A stretch of DNA of 64,000 nt from Candidatus Magasanikiibacteriota bacterium (GTDB taxonomy: Bacteria > Patescibacteriota > Patescibacteriia > Magasanikbacterales > UBA922): contig JABIBU010000016.1 of the NCBI GenBank assembly GCA_018652595.1, positions 26,911 to 90,910 of the forward strand, given 5' to 3'. The notes under the pieces are model-generated. The model had not been told where the DNA came from. It did no database searches and saw only the letters and a program-made list of their open reading frames with translations. A program made the position numbers and the translations under genes. Position 1 is the first letter of the stretch. The number at the start of each line of letters is the position of its first letter. Positions 37,132-46,370 of the stretch are shown here, piece after piece.

Positions 37132-39348
37132 TTATTTTTCTAAGTTTTTCAACCCCTCTTCCCAAACTAATAATCCATCAACTTTTTGCACTTCGCTATC
37201 CATAATTTCATTAATTCTACTTACAATCTCAATATCTAAATAATCTTCATATACTACTACACACTTTCCACCGCCGGTTAACCCTTTCATCCTGTGCAAA
37301 TCCTCTACTGCTGGATATTTTGCAAATTTATTAAACATATCAACTCGCTCTGTCTGTCCAAACTGATAATCAATAGGAAAACCACCACCCACAATCTCAC
37401 CCGAACTAACACCCTCCAAAGCTAGTAAAAACCAGGTGTCGCCCAATACGCAACCTGGCTTTTCTACCCAAACTTTTTGAGCAACTTCATACTCATTGAC
37501 TGAAATGACCCTATCGTCCAACCCGCTCGCATATACAAAAGTTCCAAACCAAGAAAATATAATCAAACAAACTACTGTACCAATTCTGACAAATAAATCT
37601 CGTGCTCGCCATCTAACTAGCGATCTTTGTAGCACATAAACTATCAGAACTATCCAGAGAAAAGAAAACATAAGCTCGAGCCTACGAGTAAATAACTTAT
37701 CTCCGGCTAAAATAAACCAACCAATCACATATCCACCAACTACTGTGGAAGTTAAGAATAAAATAAGCAAATGAATTTTATTTTTCTTTTTTAATATTTT
37801 GAAAACACCAAACTTGGATAGCCCAACCATGATTATCATAAATGGAATCAGCCACCAGCGCCAAGTATTAAAAATATTTGAGACAAACGCATAGTCTGGT
37901 GTGTGATTGAACAAAACATTTCCACCTAGAATATCATGTGGTCGAATCATTTGTGCGTAGAAAAACCCGGTAAACCTACCAATAATTTGCTTCAAACCAA
38001 ACCACCATTCAATACTATCTGGAATAAAACTTATTTTACTAACAATCTCGATAATAGGAAAAATAAAGATTGATAAAAATAGTAAACTATATTTTGAAAT
38101 GTTTTTTGGGATTGAAGCTTTTGGAAAATATTTAATTATAATTGAAAACAAAATTGCTAACCAAATCAAAATAAAATAAAGTGAATAGCCAAACAGCATT
38201 AGCACTGCAAAAAATAATGTTAGATTCCTTTGTGTTTTATTACCATCACGCAAATACTGCAACCACAGCATTAGAGCAAACAGAAATGTGATAAAACCAA
38301 GACTAACTGGCAAAGTAAGCCCGCCCCAAGCCTGAAATGGAAATGCAAGAAACATAAACCATGGCAACCACAATCCCCGCCTGACCGAACCAAACAAAAT
38401 CCAACCAAGACGAAACAAAATAAACGGCATACACATTGACCAAAGTATCGGGACAAGCCAGCGATTAACTACAAGTAAATCTACTTGCAAAGTTTGTGAA
38501 AGCAAAACAGAACCACCCCAAAGCTGTCCATAAGTGTACTTGTGTGGCTTTGTAAGGACTTCTGGAATGTCGACTCCCGCTACTTCTACCCACTGGGCGT
38601 CTTCACCGACTAGCACTGGCAAAATCTGTTCTTCTTGCATTAGTATCTTTTCATTTGCCAAATGTCGCCAAACATCTCCACCCCAAGGCATCTGATGTGA
38701 CATTGGGATATATAAGTGAAGTAAAATTGATTGAAAAAGAAAAATAAATAAAATTGTCTTAGTCTTATATTTGGAAAATAAAAATATTCCAGAAAACAAA
38801 GTCAAAACAAAAAATATTAATAAATAATATTCACTAATAGCTTGCCAAGGTGAGCGTAAAATCTCGCTTGATTTACTAATATATAAAAAATAAAAGCCAA
38901 TCACCCATAAAATAAAGTAAGTAATTGGCAAAACAAAAGTTTTTTTGAAAATAACTAGGTTCTCGTCTCTAACATCCAATAAGACTGGTTTTTTTCTTTT
39001 GGAATTTTGGACGAAATAAAAAATTACCAGAGACAAGACAGTGGTCACAGCATATGTGAACCAAACCAAAGACAAACTCAAACGATCAAAAACAATAAAA
39101 ACAGAACTAATAAAACTTAAGAGTAAAAAAACTGACAGATAGGAAAATATTCTCGTCATCCACAAACGCCTACTGAGCCACAAAACCTTTCTATAGACCA
39201 TTTGCCAATACTCACCAACTAATAGCAGATAACTCGCAAATAAAATCCAACCCAACCAAGAATATGACCAAAAATTTAAATTAAAAAATAACAAAATCAA
39301 GACTGATAGTAATCCAATAATTTTTATTTGTTTTTGAAAAAAATTCAT
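37132..39348 (-). CDS. large polytopic membrane protein (about 18 TM plus C-terminal soluble domain), possible GT-C-type glycosyltransferase
   Basis: 738 aa, highly hydrophobic. Conserved loop HQMPWGGDVWRH after the early TMs. Paralogous architecture to 41170-43305. Confidence 0.45.
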   Translation of the reverse strand: MNFFQKQIKIIGLLSVLILLFFNLNFWSYSWLGWILFASYLLLVGEYWQMVYRKVLWLSRRLWMTRIFSYLSVFLLLSFISSVFIVFDRLSLSLVWFTYAVTTVLSLVIFYFVQNSKRKKPVLLDVRDENLVIFKKTFVLPITYFILWVIGFYFLYISKSSEILRSPWQAISEYYLLIFFVLTLFSGIFLFSKYKTKTILFIFLFQSILLHLYIPMSHQMPWGGDVWRHLANEKILMQEEQILPVLVGEDAQWVEVAGVDIPEVLTKPHKYTYGQLWGGSVLLSQTLQVDLLVVNRWLVPILWSMCMPFILFRLGWILFGSVRRGLWLPWFMFLAFPFQAWGGLTLPVSLGFITFLFALMLWLQYLRDGNKTQRNLTLFFAVLMLFGYSLYFILIWLAILFSIIIKYFPKASIPKNISKYSLLFLSIFIFPIIEIVSKISFIPDSIEWWFGLKQIIGRFTGFFYAQMIRPHDILGGNVLFNHTPDYAFVSNIFNTWRWWLIPFMIIMVGLSKFGVFKILKKKNKIHLLILFLTSTVVGGYVIGWFILAGDKLFTRRLELMFSFLWIVLIVYVLQRSLVRWRARDLFVRIGTVVCLIIFSWFGTFVYASGLDDRVISVNEYEVAQKVWVEKPGCVLGDTWFLLALEGVSSGEIVGGGFPIDYQFGQTERVDMFNKFAKYPAVEDLHRMKGLTGGGKCVVVYEDYLDIEIVSRINEIMDSEVQKVDGLLVWEEGLKNLEK

Positions 39349-39433
39349 AACACTTGACTTCTTTTATTTTTAATGGTAAAAATTAGTAAACAGCTCTTTG
39401 AACATTAACCTTTTTATAGAAGGAAAACATACG

Positions 39434-40168
39434 ATGGAAGAAACTAAGACCAATGACCCTCTCTCGTTTTTGATCAACACCTTCAACCTGATATATGGAG
39501 GACTCAGGTGGTTCTTTGCACCCGCAGTACCCTACCTATTCCCTCGTCGCAAGCTACCTCTCTGGATGACTCGCGGACGACATGTAGAGGTAATTACCGC
39601 AAACCAGATTACAGTGTTCAGAACCGCCATGGTAATCCCGATCTCTATGCTGGTCTACCATCACCACTACAAAACTGCATTTATTACCTTCGTTATTGCC
39701 GCTGTACTAGACTTTGTCGATGGCCTGGTCGCCACCGTACACCGACGACTTGGCTTCCAAGACAGCTCAGACCTGGGAAAATTCTTAGATGCATTCTGCG
39801 ACAAAATCTTCTACATCCTGACACTAAGCCTCGTTCTACTCTCTAGTAGATACGAAACAATGGGTCAATGGGCAATCGCCGCGCTGGTCATTGTCTCACT
39901 TCTAAGCATGGGCTGCGAAGTCTGGTTAGCGGTAGTCAGAGTCGAGGACTACTACTACAACAAGCTCAACGGCGCAAGCGGTGCCAGAGAGCTGAAAGCG
40001 AAAGGAGCTGGCAAGCTCAAGTTCGCACTCGAGATGGTTGGTGTCGGCGGCCTTTACCTATCGCTCCCCTCCTCCAATCATTGGAGCTTCTATGTGGGGT
40101 TTGCGTGCCTCATCTGCTCCTTCCCCTTCGCTGTGGCCAGCCTGAAGCAGAAACTTCAGCAACGCTAG
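39434..40168 (+). CDS. CDP-alcohol phosphatidyltransferase family protein (GC-rich, likely acquired)
   Basis: D-x2-DG-x2-AR…G-x3-D-x3-D motif (DFVDGLVATVHRRLGFQDSSDLGKFLDAFCD). About 50% GC versus about 35% background. RBS AGGAAA before M13. Confidence 0.7.
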   Translation: MEETKTNDPLSFLINTFNLIYGGLRWFFAPAVPYLFPRRKLPLWMTRGRHVEVITANQITVFRTAMVIPISMLVYHHHYKTAFITFVIAAVLDFVDGLVATVHRRLGFQDSSDLGKFLDAFCDKIFYILTLSLVLLSSRYETMGQWAIAALVIVSLLSMGCEVWLAVVRVEDYYYNKLNGASGARELKAKGAGKLKFALEMVGVGGLYLSLPSSNHWSFYVGFACLICSFPFAVASLKQKLQQR

Positions 40169-40294
40169 CCCACCCACCCTATAACCCCGCCTCGTTCACA
40201 GCCATCCTGGCTGAGTCTATCGAAGCGCGGGTTTTCCTTTTTCTAAGGATATTATTGCATTTTCTTAATATAAATTCAAGTTTGTTTATAAGTT

Positions 40295-40434
40295 CCCCTC
40301 TCCTTTATAAGGAGAGGGGCTAGGGGTGAGGTCTCACAGAAGCAACGTAATATCTTCACTGTAAAACCCTACTCCCACGCTCATTTTAACCTCATCCTGT
40401 CCTTCTCCTTGTTAAGGAGAAGGAACGTTCTAAG
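40295..40434. repeat. double-hairpin repeat element, copy A (module 1 40295-40333; module 2 40384-40434)
   Basis: Module 1: cccctctcc-tttataa-ggagagggg + ctaggggtgaggt. Module 2: ttttaacctcatcctgtccttctcc-ttgttaa-ggagaagg-aacgttctaag. Nearly identical copy at 52706-52814; half copy at 49118-49154. Confidence 0.7.
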
Positions 40435-40518
40435 ATTTTTATTAATAATTTGTTATGTAACAAAAAAACCACCATAAAGTGATTCAAAGCCTAATACCTA
40501 ACCCACCTAAACACCTAA

Positions 40519-41145
40519 TCAAATCCCCTGTGCAAACAAACTAACAATAGCAAATCCAATTGCTAGGCCAAATACCCAAGCTGCTGCAGTGAGTAAGTAA
40601 GGAATTTGCCAAACTAAAGCAAACAATGTTAAACAAACAGCAAAAACTTGCAAAATCATTTTTATCTTTCCCCACCCATTAGCCATCTTTACTTTCTTAA
40701 ACTTATAACTAGCAATAAGAGCTGTAATTATAAATACTATTTCCAAGCCCAAAATAACAAAACCTAACCAAAAATTAAAATACTTAAAAACCAGAATCAA
40801 AACCATTGAACCAATCAAGAGCTTGTCAGCCAGTGGATCAAACATCATTCCAAATCTAGTAATTTGATTTCTAGTTCTAGCCATCGAACCATCCAGAGCG
40901 TCCGTAAATGCAACCAAAACAAAACACAAAACACCCAACTTGTAGTGCCCATACAAAATTATAAGAAAAACTACCGGAGTTGCAAAAACACGAAAGGCTG
41001 TTACACGATTTGGCGTAAATATCTTTTTTGGTAAAAGCTTTAAAAACGTCCTGGCTAGCCAATGATCATGCGGATGCACCTCATCTGCTGAGAGATAAGT
41101 AAACAAATCTGGGTGTTTTTTTACAAAGTACTTGATTCTTCCCAT
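40519..41145 (-). CDS. CDP-alcohol phosphatidyltransferase (PgsA-like)
   Basis: DALDGSMARTRNQITRFGMMFDPLADK canonical motif; 208 aa, 4-5 TM. Confidence 0.75.
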   Translation of the reverse strand: MGRIKYFVKKHPDLFTYLSADEVHPHDHWLARTFLKLLPKKIFTPNRVTAFRVFATPVVFLIILYGHYKLGVLCFVLVAFTDALDGSMARTRNQITRFGMMFDPLADKLLIGSMVLILVFKYFNFWLGFVILGLEIVFIITALIASYKFKKVKMANGWGKIKMILQVFAVCLTLFALVWQIPYLLTAAAWVFGLAIGFAIVSLFAQGI

Positions 41146-41169
41146 ATATTTGGTAAAATAGAGTATAGT

Positions 41170-43305
41170 ATGAATAACAAACTCCTCTTTAACGGAAAGT
41201 ATATCATCTTTGGAACGTTTTTGACAACATTAGCGCTGTTTTCATTGTGGAGCAATACCTCATCTTGGTGGCAAATACTAGTAAGTCTTTTTTATTTTGG
41301 ATTTTTTGGTATTTATCTTGGAGGTTGGTTTTTAAATAAGGAAAGAAAAATCTGGCAACTAGTTTTTGGTGTGATATCCTTATTTGGATTATTAATAATA
41401 GTTCTATCTGGCATATATTGGTTTTATAGGATCGATAAGGAAATAATCGCTTTTGTTTTGGTGCTTTTGCCAATACTTATATCTCTGCAAAAAAACAAAG
41501 AACTAGAACTCTTTGATGATGTCACAAAGATCGATCTAGAAGCATACAGCTATATCAAATCGCATTTGGGGACCAAGATTCTAGGCCTAATTGTTTTTGG
41601 TGGGCAAGCACTACTATTTTATACTTTATTTACAAAAAGATTCACTGATACACTGATATCTCCCTGGACAATTATTGGACCTAAATTTTTCTTGGTATTT
41701 TTTATTACTTCGATACTACTCCTATGGGTGGTACAGAAATCCAAACACACCCTATCAAACTTATTACTCATAGTAATCCACACTTCTCTAATTTTAAATG
41801 TTGCACTAATAATTTTTAAAATTGGTTTTGGTTTTGACCCATTCATTCATCAGGCTACCGAAAAATGGATATCTGAAAATGGCTTTATCTTACCAAAACA
41901 ACCTTACTATATAGGGCAATACATGCTAATAGTCGCTCTAAATTTTATTACCAAAATTAGCATAACATCATTAGATAAATCACTGGTGCCTGTTTTATCT
42001 GGAATAATTACTCCGCTCGTAGCTTATTTTGGACTATCAAAAATTAATTTGAGACACAAGCTTATTCCAGCATTAGCCCTAGTTCCCCTACTGCCAATGT
42101 CATTTTTTATAATGACCACACCAAATAATCTAGCGCTTCTACTCAGTCTTGTGATTGTATTTTGGATCTGGTACGAAATAAAAAATAATAACAACAAAAC
42201 AAATTTGTTTGGACTAATACTAGTGTTCACAACTATTTGCATTCATCCTCTGGTTGGGTTGCCTTTGTTTTTCATTTATACAGGTTCAATACTATACAAA
42301 AAAACAAAATTTAAAATATTTTTTTACTCTCTTTACACAACAATACTAACCCTAATACTGCCTCTTACTTTTTATTTAAATGCGAAAAGACTAGGGCAGG
42401 ATACTAATTTTGGTAATCCCCTAAGAGGTCTTGATGGTTTTTGGTCACTATTTGCCCGACCACACTACTACTGGATAGACAAAGGTGATTGGTTTTGGAG
42501 ATCGCTTTATTACTATCGCGATGCTATAGTGCCACTATTTATTATCGTTGCAATGCTCGGAATATTTTTTGCTACCAGAAAATATAAAATCAAACAAACC
42601 TATTTTTTTGTTACAACCATAGTTGGTTTGTTTATTTCAGCTTTTATACTATCGGCTAGTCTAAATTTTACTGATGTAATTTTTTATGAACAAGGGAGTT
42701 ATGCTGGACGAATGCTAACAATGATCTTGATAATTTTATTACCATTTTTTATTATAAGCCTTCGAGAATTATTTATTTTTGTAAAAAAACAACCAACAAA
42801 ACAATTTGGTCTGGCTATTATCTTTTCTGCACTACTACTAGTATCTTGGTATTTTACTTATCCTACTCGCGATCAAGTTTCTTATCATACTGGCCACAGT
42901 GTTAGATCGGCCGACATTACTACGGTGCACTTTATAGATAATTTGAACAAAGGAAAGAAAGATTATATAGTACTCACCAATCAATTGGTCTCAGCTGCAG
43001 CTCTTAGGGAATTTAGTTTTGTGAACTATCTAAAAACTCCAGCTGGCGAACAATATTTTTACTCGGTCCCAACTGGTGGACCGCTGTATCAATACTTCCG
43101 CAAGATGGTATATCAAGAACCAAAACGACAGTGGATGGAACAAGCCATGAATTTTGCGGGTGTAAAAAAAGCCTACTTTGTACACACCAACTACTGGGCC
43201 CCAGCCGGTGAAATTCGTGACGCAGCAAAACTAGAATCTGACAACTGGTGGGAATTGGAAAATGGCAGAGTTTGGGTTTATGAATATCTGCTTAATGCAA
43301 AATGA
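41170..43305 (+). CDS. large polytopic membrane protein, paralog-like to 37132-39348
   Basis: About 712 aa with more than 16 TM helices. Loop motif DPFIHQ. Start taken at MNNKLLF to avoid a divergent overlap with the pgsA-like gene. Confidence 0.45.
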   Translation: MNNKLLFNGKYIIFGTFLTTLALFSLWSNTSSWWQILVSLFYFGFFGIYLGGWFLNKERKIWQLVFGVISLFGLLIIVLSGIYWFYRIDKEIIAFVLVLLPILISLQKNKELELFDDVTKIDLEAYSYIKSHLGTKILGLIVFGGQALLFYTLFTKRFTDTLISPWTIIGPKFFLVFFITSILLLWVVQKSKHTLSNLLLIVIHTSLILNVALIIFKIGFGFDPFIHQATEKWISENGFILPKQPYYIGQYMLIVALNFITKISITSLDKSLVPVLSGIITPLVAYFGLSKINLRHKLIPALALVPLLPMSFFIMTTPNNLALLLSLVIVFWIWYEIKNNNNKTNLFGLILVFTTICIHPLVGLPLFFIYTGSILYKKTKFKIFFYSLYTTILTLILPLTFYLNAKRLGQDTNFGNPLRGLDGFWSLFARPHYYWIDKGDWFWRSLYYYRDAIVPLFIIVAMLGIFFATRKYKIKQTYFFVTTIVGLFISAFILSASLNFTDVIFYEQGSYAGRMLTMILIILLPFFIISLRELFIFVKKQPTKQFGLAIIFSALLLVSWYFTYPTRDQVSYHTGHSVRSADITTVHFIDNLNKGKKDYIVLTNQLVSAAALREFSFVNYLKTPAGEQYFYSVPTGGPLYQYFRKMVYQEPKRQWMEQAMNFAGVKKAYFVHTNYWAPAGEIRDAAKLESDNWWELENGRVWVYEYLLNAK

Positions 43306-43315
43306 TAAATTTAAT

Positions 43316-43357
43316 ACAAAAAAATAGAGACGTACCATTGCACGTCTCTATTTTTTT
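43316..43357. terminator. bidirectional terminator (membrane protein / GT4)
   Basis: aaaaaaa-tagagacgt-accattgc-acgtctcta-ttttttt. Confidence 0.75.
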
Positions 43358-43371
43358 GTATTTTTGTTTAT

Positions 43372-44442
43372 TTAAATTTTACCAACCAATTCTTCGATAT
43401 TACCCGGCTCCACCAAAATATCATCCTCACAAACAATCTCCCTCACCCCACCGGTGTCACTCGCGATTACTTTCAAACCATGTTCATGTGCTTCATGAAT
43501 AACGGTTGGATTATTCTCTATACAAATTGAAGGAAAAATTAAAGTACTGCATTTTTTATAAATACTTTCCAAATCTTCTCCTTCTAATCTACCATAAACT
43601 TTTACATTATTCTTATTATACGCCCAGCTCTCCAATTCTTCTCGCAAAACCCCATCACCAGCAATATGGAATTCTTTATCACCACCAACCTTATCCCATG
43701 CCTGCATCAAAATACGAATGCCTTTGTGTTTCACTAACGATCCTACGAATAAATATTTTTGATTTGGCACATCTTGCCTTCGTTGTACTGAACAGGCATG
43801 CCTGTTCCCTACCACCACATTCCATTCTGCATTTTTAAAAAACCCTCTCTCTTCATAAAACTTCTTCAAAAATCTTGAAGGTGAAATCACATCACCGACT
43901 CCTATAAATTTCCTCTTCATAATCCCCGAATATATTCTCTGCCAAACATTATCCTTCTCATGATTCCACGGCAATACCCCACTAGGCTCCACCAACTGAA
44001 CATCGTGCAGATAATGAATCCATTTCCCTGTGAACTCCGAACTGTGAACTCTCCCCGAAGAGAGATGCCCTGTGGGTACGAACTCATACCCAATCCCCAT
44101 CAAATTATGTGTCTCCACTACATCTGGTTTTTCTTCTACCAAAATCTCTTCAATAGCTTTCGGTTTTTTAAAAATGTCTATAAAATGCCAAATTAATTTC
44201 AAAACAAATCCGTGCTTACTCAGATCTTTATAGTAAAAAATATTTGGTATCCAAACTCTATATACTGTAATACCATTTTCATTATTTTTTTCTATTTTGG
44301 GATTCTTGTCAGCTTTAGTTGTAATTACAATAACACTATCCCCTTTTTTCTTGTATTCCAAAGCTCGAGCTTGAACTACTATTTCAGCTCCACCAACAGC
44401 GTTATCCCCGTATAAATTATTTATTAAGCAGACTTTAGCCAT
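43372..44442 (-). CDS. glycosyltransferase family 4
   Basis: GT-B fold; C-terminal EAHEHGLKVIASDTGG motif. Contains an in-frame copy of a 27-nt repeat (44052-44078). Confidence 0.75.
   Translation of the reverse strand: MAKVCLINNLYGDNAVGGAEIVVQARALEYKKKGDSVIVITTKADKNPKIEKNNENGITVYRVWIPNIFYYKDLSKHGFVLKLIWHFIDIFKKPKAIEEILVEEKPDVVETHNLMGIGYEFVPTGHLSSGRVHSSEFTGKWIHYLHDVQLVEPSGVLPWNHEKDNVWQRIYSGIMKRKFIGVGDVISPSRFLKKFYEERGFFKNAEWNVVVGNRHACSVQRRQDVPNQKYLFVGSLVKHKGIRILMQAWDKVGGDKEFHIAGDGVLREELESWAYNKNNVKVYGRLEGEDLESIYKKCSTLIFPSICIENNPTVIHEAHEHGLKVIASDTGGVREIVCEDDILVEPGNIEELVGKI
44052..44078. repeat. 27-nt repeat copy embedded in-frame in the GT4 CDS
   Basis: tccccgaagagagatgccctgtgggta, encoding …GHLSSGRVHSS… on the minus strand. 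Confidence 0.65.
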
Positions 44443-44487
44443 ATATTTATATATACAGTATAGACGAACTAACTATTTAATTCAATA

Positions 44488-44503
44488 TCCCCAGTTTCCC
44501 CAC
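44488..44503. promoter_or_regulatory. second GTGGG-type direct-repeat pair, between the GT4 gene and dnaB
   Basis: tccccagtttccccac (minus GTGGGGAAACTGGGGA), same 10-bp periodicity as the repeats upstream of mraZ. Lies about 30 nt upstream of the dnaB promoter -35. Confidence 0.35.
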
Positions 44504-44523
44504 ATTTTATTAAGTTTTTGGTA

Positions 44524-44552
44524 TTGATAAAAAACTTCATATAAGCTAATAT
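44524..44552 (+). promoter_or_regulatory. sigma70-type promoter for dnaB
   Basis: TTGATA-17 nt-TAATAT, 10 nt upstream of the dnaB ATG (near-leaderless). Confidence 0.45.
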
Positions 44553-44562
44553 ACCTACACTT

Positions 44563-46008
44563 ATGGCGAATATTAACGAACTACAGAAAATTCCTCCACA
44601 AAATCTGGAAGCAGAGATGTCTCTTTTGGGTTCTGTTTTGATTGACAAAGACGCAATGATAAAAATTGCTGACGAGGTAGATGAAGATGATTTTTATAAA
44701 AATTCTCACAGGACAATTTTTGAGACTGTAACAGAAATTTATAATAAAAATGAACCAGTCGATGTACTAACAATAGGAAATAGATTGGAAGAAAAAGGAG
44801 TTTTAGAAAAAATTGGGGGCAGAAGCTATCTGACAAGCCTATCAAATACAGTCCCAACTTCTTCTCACATTGAACAGTATGCGAAGATTGTTCGTCGCAA
44901 ATCTACACTCCGAAAACTACTATCAGCTGCCACAGAAATCACCAAGCTAGGATATAAAGAAGAGGCAGATGATGTGGAAGGGTTATTGGACCAAGCCCAA
45001 CAAGAACTGTACGGCGTAACTGAAAAACACCTAAAACAAACTTTTACTCCGATTAGGAGTGTATTGAGCAATGCCTTCGAAAGAATCGATGAATTACACA
45101 GAGAAAAAGGTAAGTTACGCGGTGTTTCCACTGGTTTCAAACAGCTGGACAACTTACTAGCCGGACTTCAAAATTCTGATCTGGTCATTCTTGCAGCTCG
45201 TCCTTCTGTTGGTAAGACCTCTCTAGCGTTAGATATTGCCCGCCATGCCGGGGTTAGAGGCAATGTCGCTGTAGGACTATTCTCACTTGAGATGAGCAAG
45301 GAACAATTGGTAGACAGGATGCTTTGTGCAGAAGCAGATGTAGATTTGTGGAAGATGAGAACTGGAAATTTGTCTGACAGACCCGATAGTCAAGATTTTC
45401 CACGTATTGGACATGCCATGGGAGTGCTATCCGAAGCACCAATATATATTGATGACAGCCCAGGAAACAATGTAATGCAAATAAAAACCAAAGCTCGTCG
45501 TCTGAAAGCAGAACATGGATTGGGCCTAATAATAGTAGATTACTTACAACTAATGGATTCACATAATAAACGTAATTCTGACAATCGTGTTCAAGAAGTT
45601 GCAGAGATGAGTAGAAATTTGAAAGGGATTGCTCGTGAACTAGATGTTCCTGTTCTGGCCCTGTCTCAATTGTCTCGCTCAGTAGAATCCAGAAAACCTG
45701 CCATACCAAAATTATCTGACTTGCGTGACTCTGGCTCTATTGAGCAGGATGCTGATGTGGTTATGTTTATTTATCGTAAATCTTCTGATAGAAACTACCG
45801 CGAAGAAGATATACCACCAGATGAATTAAATATTGGTGAAATTCATGTTGCCAAACATAGAAACGGCCCGACTGGTGTAGTAAAACTATTCTTTGACGGT
45901 ACCAGAGCTAGTTATAAAAATCTGGACACACAATTCGAAAATCCACCACCAATACCACAACAACCGGCCACAAATAAACCAAACGAACCAAAAGTCCCAG
46001 CATTTTAA
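44563..46008 (+). CDS. dnaB: replicative DNA helicase
   Basis: DnaB N-terminal domain, Walker A ARPSVGKTSLAL, and the RecA-like fold motifs. Confidence 0.9.
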   Translation: MANINELQKIPPQNLEAEMSLLGSVLIDKDAMIKIADEVDEDDFYKNSHRTIFETVTEIYNKNEPVDVLTIGNRLEEKGVLEKIGGRSYLTSLSNTVPTSSHIEQYAKIVRRKSTLRKLLSAATEITKLGYKEEADDVEGLLDQAQQELYGVTEKHLKQTFTPIRSVLSNAFERIDELHREKGKLRGVSTGFKQLDNLLAGLQNSDLVILAARPSVGKTSLALDIARHAGVRGNVAVGLFSLEMSKEQLVDRMLCAEADVDLWKMRTGNLSDRPDSQDFPRIGHAMGVLSEAPIYIDDSPGNNVMQIKTKARRLKAEHGLGLIIVDYLQLMDSHNKRNSDNRVQEVAEMSRNLKGIARELDVPVLALSQLSRSVESRKPAIPKLSDLRDSGSIEQDADVVMFIYRKSSDRNYREEDIPPDELNIGEIHVAKHRNGPTGVVKLFFDGTRASYKNLDTQFENPPPIPQQPATNKPNEPKVPAF

Positions 46009-46020
46009 ACAAAATAATTT

Positions 46021-46068
46021 AAGCCTTTCAAGCTTCTCAGGCTTCTCAGGCATTTTAAGCATTTTATT
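46021..46068 (+). repeat. AT-rich intergenic motif family (aagcctttcNagcttYtc…ggcattttaagc…ttatt) copy 1
   Basis: aagcctttcaagcttctcaggcttctcaggcattttaagcattttattt directly precedes the ybaB ATG. Related copies at 53230-53275 and 59693-59731. Confidence 0.55.
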
Positions 46069-46069
46069 T

Positions 46070-46366
46070 ATGTTCAACAAGCTAAAGCAGTTCAAAGACA
46101 TCCGCGACCAAGCCAAAGACATGCAAAACAAACTAGCAGAAGAAAGCGCCAATGCTGAAAGTGGTGGAGTATCTCTTACTATGGATGGTAATTTGAAACT
46201 TACAAAAGTAAATGTTAGCCCAGAATTACTCAACCCAGACAAAAAAGCCAAGTTAGAAAAAGCTTTTCGAGATGCTCACGATGACGTAAGTAAAAAAATC
46301 CAAAAAATAATGGCTACCAAAATGAGAGAAATGGGTGGCATGCCAAATATTCCTGGGCTAAGTTAA
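46070..46366 (+). CDS. ybaB: YbaB/EbfC family nucleoid-associated protein
   Basis: MFNKLKQFKDIRDQAKDMQNKLAEE… matches YbaB. The upstream part of the ORF (45893-46069) overlaps the dnaB end and is unlikely to be coding. Followed by recR. Confidence 0.8.
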   Translation: MFNKLKQFKDIRDQAKDMQNKLAEESANAESGGVSLTMDGNLKLTKVNVSPELLNPDKKAKLEKAFRDAHDDVSKKIQKIMATKMREMGGMPNIPGLS

Positions 46367-46370
46367 ATAA

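Noticed and set aside
39508-40323. Alternative-frame ORFs 39508-39846 and 39868-40323 within or after the GC-rich CDP-alcohol phosphatidyltransferase gene
   Set aside because: These are frame-shifted overlaps of a gene with a clear CDP-alcohol PT motif. Their Arg/Pro-rich products are GC-composition artefacts.
45893-46069. N-terminal 59 codons of the 45893-46366 ORF overlapping the end of dnaB
   Set aside because: YbaB homology starts at the internal Met (46070). The upstream part overlaps dnaB in another frame and is Q/N/H-rich with no homology.
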